From: Dromiciops gliroides
Lineage: Eukaryota
Length of the DNA stretch: 64,000 nucleotides
Direction of reading: 5' to 3'
Assembly: GCF_019393635.1 (NCBI RefSeq)
Contig: NC_057863.1
Span: 490,456,948 to 490,520,947 of the forward strand
Shown here: piece by piece, positions 38,889 through 52,372 of the stretch
Layout of the letters: each line of letters starts with the position of its first letter
Position numbering within the stretch: the stretch's first letter is position 1
Made by a program: the position numbers and the translations under genes
Notes under the pieces: generated by a model
The model's database searches: none
Seen by the model: the letters and a program-made list of their open reading frames with translations, nothing else
Told to the model about the DNA's origin: nothing

Positions 38889-39989
38889 TGCGAGAAAGCA
38901 TTTGAGAAGGATCTTATTTGTTAAAACAAAATTTATCAAATAAATTTTTTAAAGATCTACAAAAATCAATGAAACTAGAATAAAAAGAACATTATTCATT
39001 AAGAAAAACAATTTGCATCAAATATCTCTGATAAAAATTTGATATCAAAGATATACAGAGAATTAACACAAATATGTAAGGCTATCAGTCAATCCACCAA
39101 AGGAAAAGCATTTCTGGTAAAATAATATGAACAAATAATTCTAAATAAAAGAATTACAAACCATGAACAATATGAAAGTCAGTCCAAATAACCACTAATA
39201 AGAAAAATACATATCACAAACATTGAGATTTCACCTCATCTCCAGTATATTAGGAAAGATGACAGAAAATAGAAAGTCAATGTTAGAAGGTCTATTGGAA
39301 GCCAGGGAGACTCATCTACTGCAGCTAGAGGTGGGAACTGATCCAACAATTCTGGAAAACAATTTGGAATTATGCTTTAAAAAAAGGCAAATAAATCTCT
39401 ATCCCACTTCCAGACATATACACCCATGGAGGCCAAAGACAGAAAGATCCCATATGCATTCAAATATACATATGTGCATGGGGGGAGGGGGGGGAGAGTG
39501 GTGGCAAAGAATTAGAAATAAAATAGTTGCTGATGAACTGGGGAATGGCTAAATAAATTGTGCTATAGCAGTGTAATGGCATATTAACCACTGTTCCATA
39601 AGAAATGAAAATATAAAGAATTTACATAAGTATGAAATTATTTGTACTAATGCAGAGTTAAGGAAGCAGAACCAGGAAAACAATACACAAAATGTGCGTA
39701 ATAAAGTAAATGCAAAGAACAAAAAGAAATCCTGAAAAGAAAAACCAACTGAATATTAACAAGCTTACTGCACTTTAAAGCAAGCTTTAGACTTTGATGA
39801 CTGGTTCAGGAGGGTTGAAAGTTATATAAACAAATTCAGGCCACAATCAAACTATGCCACTTTTGCCCTTTGTTTTGCCATGAGGCCTATTATAAGATAA
39901 TGGCCAAGATCCCAGCAAAGACTGAGCCCTTAGTCTAAGTCCATTAGAACATGCCCAAAGTTAGTCATGGAATGAGTCAGCCTTTTGCT

Positions 39990-40143
39990 TCTCATCTTTT
40001 TTTTTTTTTTGCTGGGCAATGGGGGTTAAGTGACTTGCCCAGGGTCACACAGCTAGTAAGTCAAGTGTCTGAGGCCGGATTTGAACTCAGGTACTCCTGA
40101 ATCCAAGGCCGGTGCTTTATCCACTGCGCCACCTAGCCGCCCC
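39990..40143 (-). mobile_element. SINE copy with TSD TGCTTCTCATCTT at 39977-39989 and 40144-40156
   Basis: Reverse-orientation match with a poly-T tail. Confidence 0.88.
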
Positions 40144-41479
40144 TGCTTCTCATCTTAAAGCATAGATCTGAAAGCATAGATAACATGTGATATCTTGCTT
40201 CCCCATCAATTGTTACCCTAGAACCCTTGGGAGGCAAAGAAAACTAAAACACAAAATATGGGATATTTTCTGCACAAAAGCAAGGGAACCATTTCTGGAG
40301 CTATTAATTTCCTCTGACTATCCATGCCCCCTCCCCCACCCCCAACTGCTGATCTGACACACTTGGAGATGTGCAGCATCCTCTATCTAGCTCTCTTGAA
40401 GTCTCAGTTGTAGATAATAGTCTAACTTTTACATGTGAGCTCTTTCCTTTTCACTTTAATAGAGTGGATTATTTACTAAAGGGGGCGGGGGGTAGGGGGG
40501 GGGCTTCAAAATGTAGGAATTAAGATGGGCAGGAAAAATCGACAAATCTTCCTTTTCATTCAAAGGGGAAAATCCTATGAACTCAGAGAACAAGCACTAA
40601 TTCAGTCTCCAGTTAGCAGTCCAAGGAAAATATACTTGAGAAAATATTGAGTACTGTGTTATTTCAGGTATCAGCAACAGACCAGGCTGGTGAGCTGCAT
40701 CATTTCAGTGCTCTCAAAGCAGTGTGATCCAGGGTGAAGTCTGAGTACCTACTAGCCTGAGCTCTGCAAGTTCCTGACCTGGGATTTGGTCAGCTTCTGA
40801 TTGGAATTGCAGTAGACTGCTGCTGGACCCAGTCATTTTCAGTCAGCTGAAAAGCTCTGCAGGTTCAGAGTGACAGAACTGAAGGCTTCTCTTGGTCTAG
40901 GATTCTTGTCTTGGTTATTTAGTGGCACGCTTTAGACTAGGCAAGTGGCTGGAACCAAGACCCTGCTCTGCTTCCCAGGGTCAGAACCACACAATCGCTA
41001 CTTGCTTCTGTGCTTGCTCCTTGCTCACAGGTGAGGGCCCATGACTGCTTCTCATGGAGAACAAAACTTCTAAGTAGATTCAAAGTAGTTGTTTATGGTT
41101 CAAAGTAAATATGGCAGGATGTCTCCAGGGAGTTCCCACTGTGTTTGACTTTGTTCCATTTAACATTTCTATTCATGATTCAGATAAAGACACATTCATT
41201 AACTTTGCATATGACACAAAGCTGGGACAGCTAACTATCAGAGTAGATGAGGGCATCAGGACCCAAAAAGATCTTGATAGGCTAAGCAATGAGCTGAATT
41301 TAATAAGATGAAATTCAACCACAACAAATAAAGCCTTATCCTTGGATTAAAATTAACCATAAATTTAAGGTGCATAAATGAAAAAGCATTTATTAAGAGC
41401 TTACTATATGGCAAGTACTGTGCTAAGCACTAGGGAAACAAATACAAGCAAGCAAGACAGTCCCTGCCCTCTATGTAAT

Positions 41480-42660
41480 TACATTATGGAAGCTTGTATT
41501 TTTTCCTTTGAACTGGATTTTGGCTAGGTTGTTACTGAGAGTTTTCATTTTAGGGTTTCTTTCAGATGACCAGTACAGTCTTTCTATTCTTTGCCCTCTG
41601 GTTCTACGAGACCTGAGAAGTTTTCTTTTGTGATACCATGTTTAAGTTTAAGCTCTTTTTTGGTCATGGCATTCAGGTATTCCAATGATTATTAAATGAT
41701 ATCTCCTCAATCTGTTTTCCAGGTCAGTTGTCTTTGCTATGAGACAGATGCCTTACATTTTTCTTATATTTTTTCAGTCTTTTCTTTATTTTAATATTTC
41801 TTTTTGTTTCATGAAGTCATTAACTTTTTTGAGGAGCCACTCTAATTTTCAAGGAGTCTGTTGCTTGGGTAAGGTTTTGTACCTCCTGTGCCAAGCTTTT
41901 AATTTCCTTTCCAATTCTTTTTTTATAGCTTTCATTTCTTTTCTAATTATTTCCTCTTAGTACTCTCATTTATAAAATAATTTTAAATTTTTTTTAAATT
42001 CTAGCTTCATCTCTTCCAGGAATTCTAGTTGAATTTGTACCCAAAATGGGGTTTTTTTGAGGCTTGCTTGTAGATATTTTGGAGTCATTCTCTTCTTTTA
42101 GATTTTATGTACTGAGTGCTCCTGTCATCATAATAACTTTTTATGATAGGACTTTTTGTTTGTTTGCTCATTCTTCCTGCCTACTTTATAACTTTTGGCC
42201 AGGCTCAGTGTATTTCTGGAGGGAATGTCTGGGTTGTGCTTGTGTCCTCAAAACCCGCTGCTGCTTTCTCAGGGTATTGGGTACTGTGTTATTTCAGGTA
42301 TCACTAAAAACCCAGTCCTCAGTCTCTCGGTGGATCTGTGACACAGCACTGGGTAGTGAGTGATAGAGCTACCAACTTGCACCTATTCCTGCTCCCTGCA
42401 CAAAGTAAAGCCCTTCCCAGGGTCTGGGACCCCTTCTTGTCCCACTACACAGCCATGATGGAAAATACCATACACAATGCTCCTGGTTAAGTCTCTGTCC
42501 TCAGTGTCTATAGGCTTGCCTATCTCTCTTTGCTAACCTGAGGCAGAAAAATGACTCACTGTGATATTTTTCTTGGATTTTGCAGTCAGGTGCATGTCTA
42601 GTGCATGTTTCAGATCTTTGGGGCGTAGTAATAGGGGAAAGCTCAGCTGTACTTCTTGCT
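41480..42660 (+). mobile_element. LINE-derived repeat copy
   Basis: Homologous to 32270-34130. Confidence 0.6.
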
Positions 42661-43202
42661 ACTCTGCTATCTTGACTATCATCTAATATTACATCCTAAC
42701 AGGAAACAACAACACACAGAGGGGACTAATGGCCAGGAAGGAATGTTTTGGACAGGGAAGTCAGAAGGAATGCTAAATGGAGTCACAGGGCAAATGACTG
42801 ACATGTCCTTTCCAGGAATAGTAGTATTGATTTGGTTACTATTCTAGAGCTAGAATTAGAAAACGGGGTGGGAAGATAAAGATATCTTAAAAGTGGTGAA
42901 GTGAGCCTGAGACTAGGCAAGATAAGGTGAATGTTCAACAACCAGAGTCCAAGGTCACAGGAATGAAAGCAATTACTAAGAGGCAATATGTCTGAAAAAG
43001 ATATGGAGGTTTTAGTGGTTTTCAAGCCTATTTTGAGTCAACAGTATAATAAAACAGCTAAAAAGGCTGAAGTAATGCCAAGTTCCTCCATCAGACTGTA
43101 AATCCCCATAGGTCAGGGACTGTCTTTTGCCTTTTTTTGTATCCCTAGCACTTAACACACAGTGCCTAGTACATGTTTACTGATGAAAAAAAGGCATTGT
43201 AG

Positions 43203-43362
43203 GGGGCAGCTAGGTGGCGCAGTGGATAGAGCACTAGCCCTGGAGTCAGGAGTACCTGACTTCAAATCCAGCCTCAGACACTTAACACTTACTAGCTATG
43301 TGACCCTGGGCAAAGTCACTTAATCCCAATTGCCTCACTTAAAAAAAAAAAAAAGCATTGCC
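43203..43362 (+). mobile_element. SINE copy with flanks AAGGCATTG / AAGCATTG
   Basis: Forward match with an A14 tail. Confidence 0.85.
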
Positions 43363-43987
43363 TTCATCATACCACACATGGAGTCTTAGTTCTGGGGACA
43401 ATGGTTCAGGTAGAACATTGAAAATATGGAAAACATAAAGAACAGGGCAATCAAGATAGGAAAGGTTGTCAAGATTATGCTAACTGAAGACCAGTTAAAG
43501 AACTGGGTGCACTGAGCCTAGATAAGAAACGACTCAGAGAATAAGTCAAGACACATTATCCATCTTCAAGTATTTGGAGGGCCATCAAGGGGAAGAGTGA
43601 AAAGTCACATTCTGTTTGCTATTAGAAAGTAGAACCAGGAGCAACAGGTATAAGATGCAGAAAGAATCCGGTCTGTGGTTACCACAGTGAGGCAGGGAAA
43701 CCTATGGATCCTTCTGATGGATGTCTATAGTTACTGGAATCATACTCGGCACTCATCATGGCATTAGATGCCCCTACATCCTTGTCACAGATGCATATGC
43801 AATGTTCATTTTAGACTAACTACTAGATGGATTTAAACTCAACTTGTACAGAAAAGTTGGTAGGCAAATAATTATCTAATAATCAACACCATGCTGCTTA
43901 CAAAATTTTCTAGAATTTCTGGAGAGGGACATAAAAGAGGAATAAAAAGCAGAAAAGAAAGAAATGAAAGTAGAATTTCAGAGGACC

Positions 43988-44025
43988 AACATTTTCCCAG
44001 GTATAATCTTCATCATCATCATCAT
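43988..44025. repeat. (CAT)7(TAT)2 trinucleotide repeat
   Basis: Visible by direct reading. Confidence 0.9.
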
Positions 44026-44569
44026 CATTATTATAGTTTACATGTTTATAGTGCTTTGAAGTCTGTAAAGCACTTTCCTAATAACATCTTTTAAAATAGC
44101 TATATACATATGTGTGTATTTTATATAAGTATTTTTATACATATTAAAAAACATCTATTATTTTCTCCATTTTATAGATGAGCAAACTGAAGCTCTGACA
44201 TCTTAAGCCCCAAGGTTACAGACCTTGGCAGGATTTGAAGCCAGGTCCTCTGAGTTTAAATCCAACATCTTCCACTATGCTATACTACCATTCTGAAAGT
44301 CACCTTAAAGGCACATCCAAATGAAATCCAACTTGACATAGCAGGGGTTGGGGAAGTTTCTTTATATTACATGCAGATTCATATCTCTATCATTTAAGAG
44401 GTTAAGAGGATGAATCACTGTGCTGAAGGTATGTGGTCTTGTTGGAGATGGTAGATGTCATTCTCCTTCACCAAGCTTATGGGAAAACTTAAAAAAGGGA
44501 ATAATGATCAAAACATAGATCTGTGTTTCCTTTCTGTCTCTATCATTCCTGGAAGATTTGTGAGAAGAT

Positions 44570-44655
44570 ATATATGTGTGTATGTGTGCATACACACACA
44601 CACACACACACACGTGCGTGTGTACATGTGTTTATGTATATGTATGTATATGTGG
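44570..44655. repeat. (CA)n / (TGTA)n compound microsatellite
   Basis: Visible by direct reading. Confidence 0.9.
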
Positions 44656-45605
44656 ATGTGTGTTAAAAGACCTAAAGAAGTTGGTGGCATAGACTTTTCC
44701 TTCAGAAAATAACAATAACATTTATATAGTACTTTAGAGTTTGCAAAGCATTTTATATACATTATCTCATTTGATTTGAATACAGATTATTCACTGAAAT
44801 AACAAAGATAACTAGCCTACCTCAATTCCTCTCCTTAGGAGATGATGTATGTACATCTGTATATAAATGTTATCTATTACTTGCCTGAATAGATACATTA
44901 CTATCTTAATGTGTTATATCTAAGAAATGCCAAAATCACAATTTAAAAATGGACAGAAACAACAAACAAAATGAAACATATAATTACATTAACTTCTTCC
45001 TTTGGGAATAATTTATCAGAGATGTCACATTAAAAGTCCATAAAGAGAAGGCAGGAAGAAGTAAAGCTGAATCTTAATATTTATAAGAATGAGATAATCT
45101 ATTCAACAGCAATTCAATCAAAAACTAGAAGAATGCCTATGTTCATAGCTCTATGAAGCTTAGCTTTATTATACATCATTGTACCATTCATTTATTTCAA
45201 GGGACCCTGCCATTCAGGTAATATTTAAGAATATTGCGTTCAAATATTTTCTAAACCCATTTCTCTAACGAAATTTGAAAACAAGCAAACAGTAAGTCCA
45301 CAACACCCCTATTTCCCATGGAAATGGATTTTATAACATTAGGAGTGGGAAGGAACTGAGGAGAAGCAGGAGCTAGACAGCTCACAAGTCTGTCAGTCAT
45401 CACTAATTTAGAGACAATTGTACCCTTAGAATTCTTTGATAAGCTCATGCATGAGACACTGCCTTTTTTGGTTTCTTTCTTCTATTTCATTGTTTTCTCT
45501 ATGATATGCACAAAAAAAATTTTCCCAAATTACTTTCCCCACACAGTTGTTCAAGCAACATCCTTTTATTCTAAAACTTTCCTCTTCTAGCATTGAGTGA
45601 CTTAC

Positions 45606-46454
45606 CTCCCCAACTGAATCAGTAGACCTTCGACCTCGTTCTTCACTACCCAGTTTTGTGCTCTTCTGAATCTGAACAGCAGTAGGTGTTAGTTTATCTA
45701 CCTCTATAGAACTTTTGACTTTTTCTTGATTCTTTTGCTTTTTGTATAAATTTTTCTTTTCTGAGTATGGGTCCTTATTTTCTACTTTTTTAATCTCTTC
45801 TTTATATTCCTCAACTTTCTTTAATTTCTTTTTTTTCCTTTTTGTTCTGACATCAACATCTTCTTCAGCACTTGCTGTATCATCTGGTTGTTTATCAGAA
45901 ATCACATCTTGAATTATGTCATGTTCTAACTTATCTTTTCCACTTTTAAATTTTTGTTTCTCTCCTCTGTTATCAGAAGGTAAATCTTCGCTGTCATCAT
46001 CAGCCAACTGAGAAAGTGAATCATCAAATGTACTTGATTCAGATTCTAACAAAGATTCACTAAATTTCTCTCTCTTTTTTTTGCTTTCTTTAAAATCATC
46101 TCTTACTTTTCCCCTTGAGTCTTTACTTTCACCCCTTTTTACTTTCTTTGTTTCTCTTAAATCATCTTTTCTGGTCTTTTTGTACTCCTTTGAATCTTCT
46201 TTGGATTCCAAAATCCTTTTCTTGGACTTTGAATCAAAGACCAAATTTTCTGAGGAATTTTCCAGTTGTGTTTTAGACTTATCTTTTAGTTTACCAGATT
46301 TCCATTTTCTCTTTTTCAAATCATCAGGACTTTTGTCTTCTCTGTGTCTTGACTTTTTCTTCTTTTTCTTGGGGGAAATCTCCTCTTTTGTTTCACTTTG
46401 CCAATCGCTGTCAGATTCTGCCTCAAATATGTCATCATCATTCAAAACTAGTCT
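45606..46454 (-). CDS. MPHOSPH8: MPHOSPH8 exon 3, large low-complexity K/E/D/S-rich exon (283 codons, phase 0-0). It starts RLVLNDDDIFEAESDSDWQSETKEEISPKKKKKKSRHRE and ends ERGRRSTDSVGE
   Basis: It continues exon 2 in frame: KDIQ|RLVLNDDDIFEA, compared with human KDIQRLSLNNDIFEANSDSDQQSETKE. The acceptor is tttattttatag|AGA. The donor is GGGGAG|GTAAGT at 45605-45600. The track ORF 45426..46445 is this exon plus intronic read-through. Confidence 0.85.
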
Positions 46455-46796
46455 CTATAAAATAAAGATATGAAAGGTTAAAAATACTTAAATCCTACTT
46501 TGCCTTCTACATTTCTTCTACCTGACTTCCAGCATAAAACATTTTCAAAAGAATCAGAAAGGTTTTTTTTAAAGTTTACAAAAACAAAAGGAAAATTTTT
46601 TTCATTTTAAAGCAGTCTCTGAAATTAAATTCTATGGTATTATTTCTTAATTTGAAATACTTGTCAAGTAAAAGGGAAGAAAAGTCAATTAAGGAAAAAA
46701 CACTGATAAGAGGGATAGAATAATGGTCTCTTGTTGAAGTAGGCAGCAAAAAGTAAAAAACAACAGGAAAAGTCATTGTTATAATCAGTAGGTGAT

Positions 46797-46945
46797 CATT
46801 TTTTTTTTTAGTGAGGCAATTGGGGTTAAACGACTTGCCCAGGGTCACACAGCTATTAAGTGTTAAGTGTCTGAGGCCAGATTTGAACTCAGGTACTCCT
46901 GATTCCAGGGCCGGTGCTCTATCCACTGTGCCACCTAGCTGCCCC
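46797..46945 (-). mobile_element. SINE copy in the intron just downstream of exon 3
   Basis: Reverse-orientation match with a poly-T tail. Confidence 0.85.
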
Positions 46946-48959
46946 GTGATAATTTAATTTTATGTTAATAAATCACTTATATTATATATGCTACCAATAC
47001 CATTTTATCATCAATTTTTTGGATCAACTTTACAGGGTTAGATACCATATAAATTAACTTTGTGTCCATTTTTCTTGGTTATGAACTAGCCTTTGGGAAA
47101 AACATCCTATCCAAATCATACCAAAAAAAATAGATTGGTTCTCAGAAAAGCCTCTGAAATTTGTTGCCACAGGATGGAATTTTTAAAATTCAGGTTTGAA
47201 GGAAAAACATAGCCATATGTTCAGTGAAATATAATTTAAAATTTGTTAAATATTCAAAAGTATTGCCATTTTAAATATGGAGAACAGCATCTCACATAAA
47301 AATCTACAAAATCTGTCAATTGTGTATAAATGAAACACTAAACAAGCAACTGTTTCTGAAAAGTATATAAAGAGTAAGAACAAATCTTATTACCTTTTAC
47401 CTTTCATTATACAATCAGAAGTATGTTCTCATGGGAAAAAATAAGTTAAGAAATAATAAAAATCACACTTAACAGCACAGGACAAAAGTAAAACTTACAA
47501 AAATGATCTTCATACCCTTTGAATAATCCTACTATTGAAAACAGGGTCTCAAGTGTTCTCATAAACAAAAAGTTTGTTTTCTATTCAAAATTTTTCATAG
47601 AATAGCTTTATATATAATTTGCAAAAAACCTGGAATCAAATTAAATGACCAAAGATAAGGAAATGTGTAAATAAATTGTGGTATATTGATGCAATAGAAC
47701 ACTTACACAAGGAATACAAAGAAATCAAGAAATATATTCATAAAATACAAAGTAAAGAAAGAATGATAAAGTATATGATTATACCCACATAACAAAATAT
47801 GTGAATGAGAATGGACAAAGAATGTTAACAAGGACCCTAGAGGAAATGACTAACTTTGTGTTAATTGGTGTATACTTTGTACATTGAAATTATTTAAATA
47901 ACTTATAAAAAAGTTGTTAGTTGTATTAATGTCCACTTAGTAAGAATGAAAAATATTTTTAAAGTAGGTCCAAAAGAACACTTTCTCCTATAAATTTCAA
48001 AGTCCTCCTTTTAGGTCTACATAGAAGAAAGGGCAAATGACAATAAAAATAGCAGTAATAGCTAGAAGACAGGATCTATTTAATTTAAATCTATTAAAAT
48101 GACAACTCTAATCAAGATTTTGAGATAAACCACTTTTCTAAAATAAAGTATATTTTGATTTTAATATATAATTTTCTGAATTTAGTAATAAATATAGATT
48201 TTAAAATGCATACTATACAAAATCCATATTCTCTGAAGATGTCACCTTCTGTGCTCACCAAACCATTGAAGAGACTTGAGATGACTTGGGAATGCTATAA
48301 GCAGAGCTTAAAGGGTTACTCTGATGTTTGGCAGCCTTTGGAAGGTGAAACCAGAGATCAGACCCTTACACTATTTATATAAAGGGTGCCTGAAGAAATA
48401 ATGCAACAGAAGGGGCACAATGGAAGAGAAGGGGAAGAAGGAGGTATGGGTATCTACTGGGGACTAGCCCACCCTCTAAACACCAATGATATTCATTTTA
48501 GATGACAGACAAACCAGAAAGTATCACTAGAAGCAGCTGCCAAAGTAACTGAGAAAGCAAATGCCAACAACATAGAAAAATGCTGTGGACACAGATAACC
48601 AACTTGTCACCAAAGAACAGATTAACAAGTAGAAGAAAAATGGCTGGAAAACAAGTCAAAATAAGGGCTTTGTCCAGAGAGACCAATTCACTAAGTTGGA
48701 TAATATGACTTGAGACTTGGATACTGAGTGGAGGTATGTGGTCCAGCTCATTCAAAAGTTGAAGATAATGAATGCCTAAGTGCAAAAATTAGCCAGACAA
48801 GGAACTAGAAAGCGAGAAGACTTAATAAAACTCTTAGATGTTGAATTTTGCTTAAGGTATTATTTTGTTTAACCCTCCAATATTCTCTCTAAACATTTTC
48901 TCATATTCTTTTTTATCTTGTGTTGGAGCCATATTCCATGACTATCTTTGGCCATTTTC

Positions 48960-49230
48960 TTCATGTACTTTCTAGGTTTTTCCAGGTACTATTTTAAGTT
49001 TTTTTTTTTTAATTTTATTTTATTAAAAAATTTTTTCTAATTACATGTAAAGATCTTTTGTGTTCCAAATTTTTCTCCCACCCTCACTTCCCTCCCCCCT
49101 CATGAGGCCAGCAATCTGAAATAGGTTATACCTTACAACCATGTTAAACATATTACCACATTAGTCATGTTGTAAGAGCAGAAAGGAAAAAAACAACAAC
49201 AAAATAAACCAGAATAACAAAAAAGCAGCA
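48960..49230 (+). mobile_element. L1-derived fragment
   Basis: Contains ttaattacatgtaa...ttttctcccaccctcacttccctcccc, similar to 18460-18560. Confidence 0.5.
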
Positions 49231-49779
49231 ACAAAAGTGAAAACAGTATGCTTCAATCTACATTCAGACTCCATAGCTCTTTTTCTGAATGTGGAGAATA
49301 TTAAATTTCTTATAATACAAACAAAAAAGAAATACTATCACAATTGTAGAATTTGTTCACATTCACTAATAATAGAAGGCAGGTCCTCCTCTCTGGCAGA
49401 TCCAACTAAACTCCAATTTGCCTAATTCTTGCCCCAGACAACCTAGAATCCATCCAGATTGCTTGACTTGCTCACATGGCTTAGGTAACTGGCAGTCATC
49501 AACTTTTCCTTCAGGGAAGACAAAAGGTTAAACAATCTACTATCTGCCCTGACACTGTCTTCTAAAGACTTCCTGGCCTTACCACATGCCCTGTGTATAT
49601 GCCCTGCAGTTCATAACACTTTCATTTGACCTGATGACCTAAAGGATGCCTGTTTGGGTATTGTTACATGCCTTTCTGGTGATTTTTGAACTTTTCCCTT
49701 TATCTGGCAGCTGAATTCCCTTGTCTTCTTCCAATTAGAGTTGTGAACCTGACCAACTACTTTTGACCTTTGGTCCCTC

Positions 49780-50510
49780 ATCACCAAAACTGGGACACTA
49801 ATGCACTTTTAGTGGAATTGTGAATTGTTCCAACATTCTGGGGACCATGGAACTATGCCTAAAGGGCTATAAAACTGCGTATAACTTTTGATCCAGCAAT
49901 ACCACTACTAGGTCTGTATTTGAAAGAGATCAAAAAAAGGGAAAAGGACCCATTTGTACAAAAATATTGATGGCAGCTCTTTTTGTGATATGTGGTAGCA
50001 AAGAATTGGGAACTGAGGGGATGCCCATCAAGTGAGGAATGGCTGAACAAGTTGTGGTGGTATATAAAGGTAATGGAATACTACTGTGCTATAAGAAATG
50101 ATGAGCAACATTATTTCAGAAAAACCTGGAAAGACTTACATAAAACTGATAAAAAGTAGAGTAGAACTAGGAGAATTTTGTATACAGTAACAGCAACACT
50201 GTACCATGAACAATTGTCAATGACTTAGCTATTCTCAACAAAATAAAGATCCAAGACAATTCCAAAGGACTCATGATGAAAAATGCTATCCAGAGAAAGA
50301 ACTGATGGAATATGAATGCAGATCAAGGCATACTATTTTTCACTTTACTTTTTTCGTGGGTTTTTCTGTGTCTTCTTTCACAACATGACTAATATGGAAA
50401 TATGTTTTATATGATTGCATATGTATAACCTAGAAATCAAATTGCTTACTGTCATAGGGAAAAAGAAGGGGGGAGAAAATTTGGAACTCAATTTTTTAAA
50501 ATATGAATTT
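49780..50510 (+). mobile_element. L1 3' end (ORF2 C-terminal remnant plus 3'UTR)
   Basis: Near-collinear with 56820-57470. Shared motifs include tgcccatcaa(g/t)tg(a/g)ggaatggct(g/a)aacaag, aagaaatga(t/c)(g/a)agcaa and gacttagctattctca. Confidence 0.75.
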
Positions 50511-50516
50511 TTGTGG

Positions 50517-50720
50517 ACAGCTAGGGGGCGCAGTGGATAAAGCACTGGCCCTGGATTCAGGAGTACCTGAGTTCAAATGCGGCCTCAGACACTTGATACT
50601 TACTAGCTGTGTGACCCTGGGCAAGTCACTTAACCCCCATTGCCCCGCAAATAAAAACAAAAACAAATATGGCCTCAGACACTTGACACTAGCTATGTGA
50701 CCCTTGGCATGCCCCACCAA
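50517..50720 (+). mobile_element. SINE copy followed by a partial internal duplication of its own mid-segment (50671-50720)
   Basis: GGCCTCAGACACTTGA(T/C)ACT is repeated after an (AAAAC)n-like tail. Confidence 0.75.
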
Positions 50721-50788
50721 AAGAAAAAAAAAAAGGATTTTCTTTACATGTAATTGAGAAAAATATTATTTAAAAAATAAACTTTGCA

Positions 50789-50950
50789 GGGCAGCTAGGT
50801 GGCACAGTGGATAGAGCACCGGCTCTGGATTCAGGAGGCCCGGAGTTCAAATCTGACCTCAGACACTTGACACTTACTAGCTGTGTGACCCTGGGCAAGT
50901 CACTTAACCCCCATTGCCTCACCAATAAATAAATAAATAAATGAATGAAA
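50789..50950 (+). mobile_element. SINE copy with an (AAAT)n tail
   Basis: Forward match. Confidence 0.85.
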
Positions 50951-52205
50951 TAAACTTCCCTATTTCCGTAAAGAGCACTATTGTTCTAGTTTCCCAGGTT
51001 TATAACCTTAATATTATTCTAAACTTATCATCCTTACTTCATATAACCAATCAGTTGTCAAAATGTGGCAAATGATTTCTACCCCTAAAACATGTCCACC
51101 TCTTTCATCTCAGCTCTTTTCTCTACTTATGCCACTACTACCTTATATGTATATATATTATACACAGAGAGTTATGTGTATATATAAAACAATGTGTGTG
51201 TATGTATGATTAGAAAGGTTGCCCAAGTAACAGGGGAAGGATTGGTTGACTTCTGCTTCAAAATTCTGTAAACATGAATTTAACAGGCAAACATCTTGAA
51301 TATGTCCCTTTATATACAACTTCAACAGTAAAATTTCACATACTGACTTTCCATTTAAAGAGAGACGCAGATCTATATATGAACAATGCTTATCCAGACA
51401 TCATAGACAGCTTTAATTAACCACATAAAGCCATAGGTAGGTATGCACTCATGCTACAGGACAGACATGGGTAGATGCCTACTGCAACTATAGATAGAAG
51501 CACCTGGTCAATAAAATTGTCAAGCAGTTATTTTGGTCACAAACACTTAGTTGTAGGATTTTTAAACCATAAACCATATAAAATTACTTCCTCTAACCTA
51601 TCTTTCTTATCCCTTTCAAATGAAGATGACTGCTCTCAACTTGAAGGAAAAGAATTTTGACTCAATCTACAAGATCTCTTCTAACAGTATATCAGCTTCT
51701 TTACTAAATGGACTTATGTTATTTTTTCATCTTTGTATCCCAAGAAACAGCACTGCATACATTGCACAGTAGCATTCAAATTTAACCAGATTTAATTATT
51801 CATAGACTACATTTTAATAAAAAACTTTTTTAAAGCCCTTTCAATATTTTCCCATATCCATACAATTTCCTGCCAGCTAACTTTATCTGTTTTTGTTTTC
51901 TTCTGTTTGAGCAGAAATCCTCTAGTTCCTGCTTATCAATAGCTCAATACTTTAGTTCAGAGCAATACTTAGGTAGAAAAGACAAGTGGAATAGGAGAAT
52001 AGTGGAAGAGAAAATTTACATTTGGTTGTTCCCATAGCAACCATTTTAGATCTCTCTGATTCAGCCTGCCTTCTTTTAAAGGGAACACAGTCCCCTTGTA
52101 GTTTCAACTTTTTAAAGATGCAGGTGGCACTTTATAAGCTGCTTGGATTTTCAAGGATAATTATAAGAGAATTTCATCTTGCTGACTTCAAAACTTAATA
52201 TACTG

Positions 52206-52372
52206 AGGGCAGCTAGGTGGCACAGTTGGATAGAGCACCGGCCCTGGATTCAGGAGGACCTGAGTTCAAATCCAGTATCAGACACTTAACACTTACTAGC
52301 TGTGTGACCCTGGGCAAGTCACTTAACCCCAATTGCCTCACTTAAAAAAACAAAACAAAACAAAACTCAATA
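52206..52372 (+). mobile_element. SINE copy with TSD AATATACTG
   Basis: Forward match. Confidence 0.85.

Noticed and set aside
45426-46445. 339-aa ORF that could look like a standalone gene
   Set aside because: It is MPHOSPH8 exon 3. The N-terminal M is a TTG and lies 9 nt inside the exon, which starts at the acceptor at 46454. The last 60 residues (VSHSML...) are read-through past the GTAAGT donor at 45605 into the intron.
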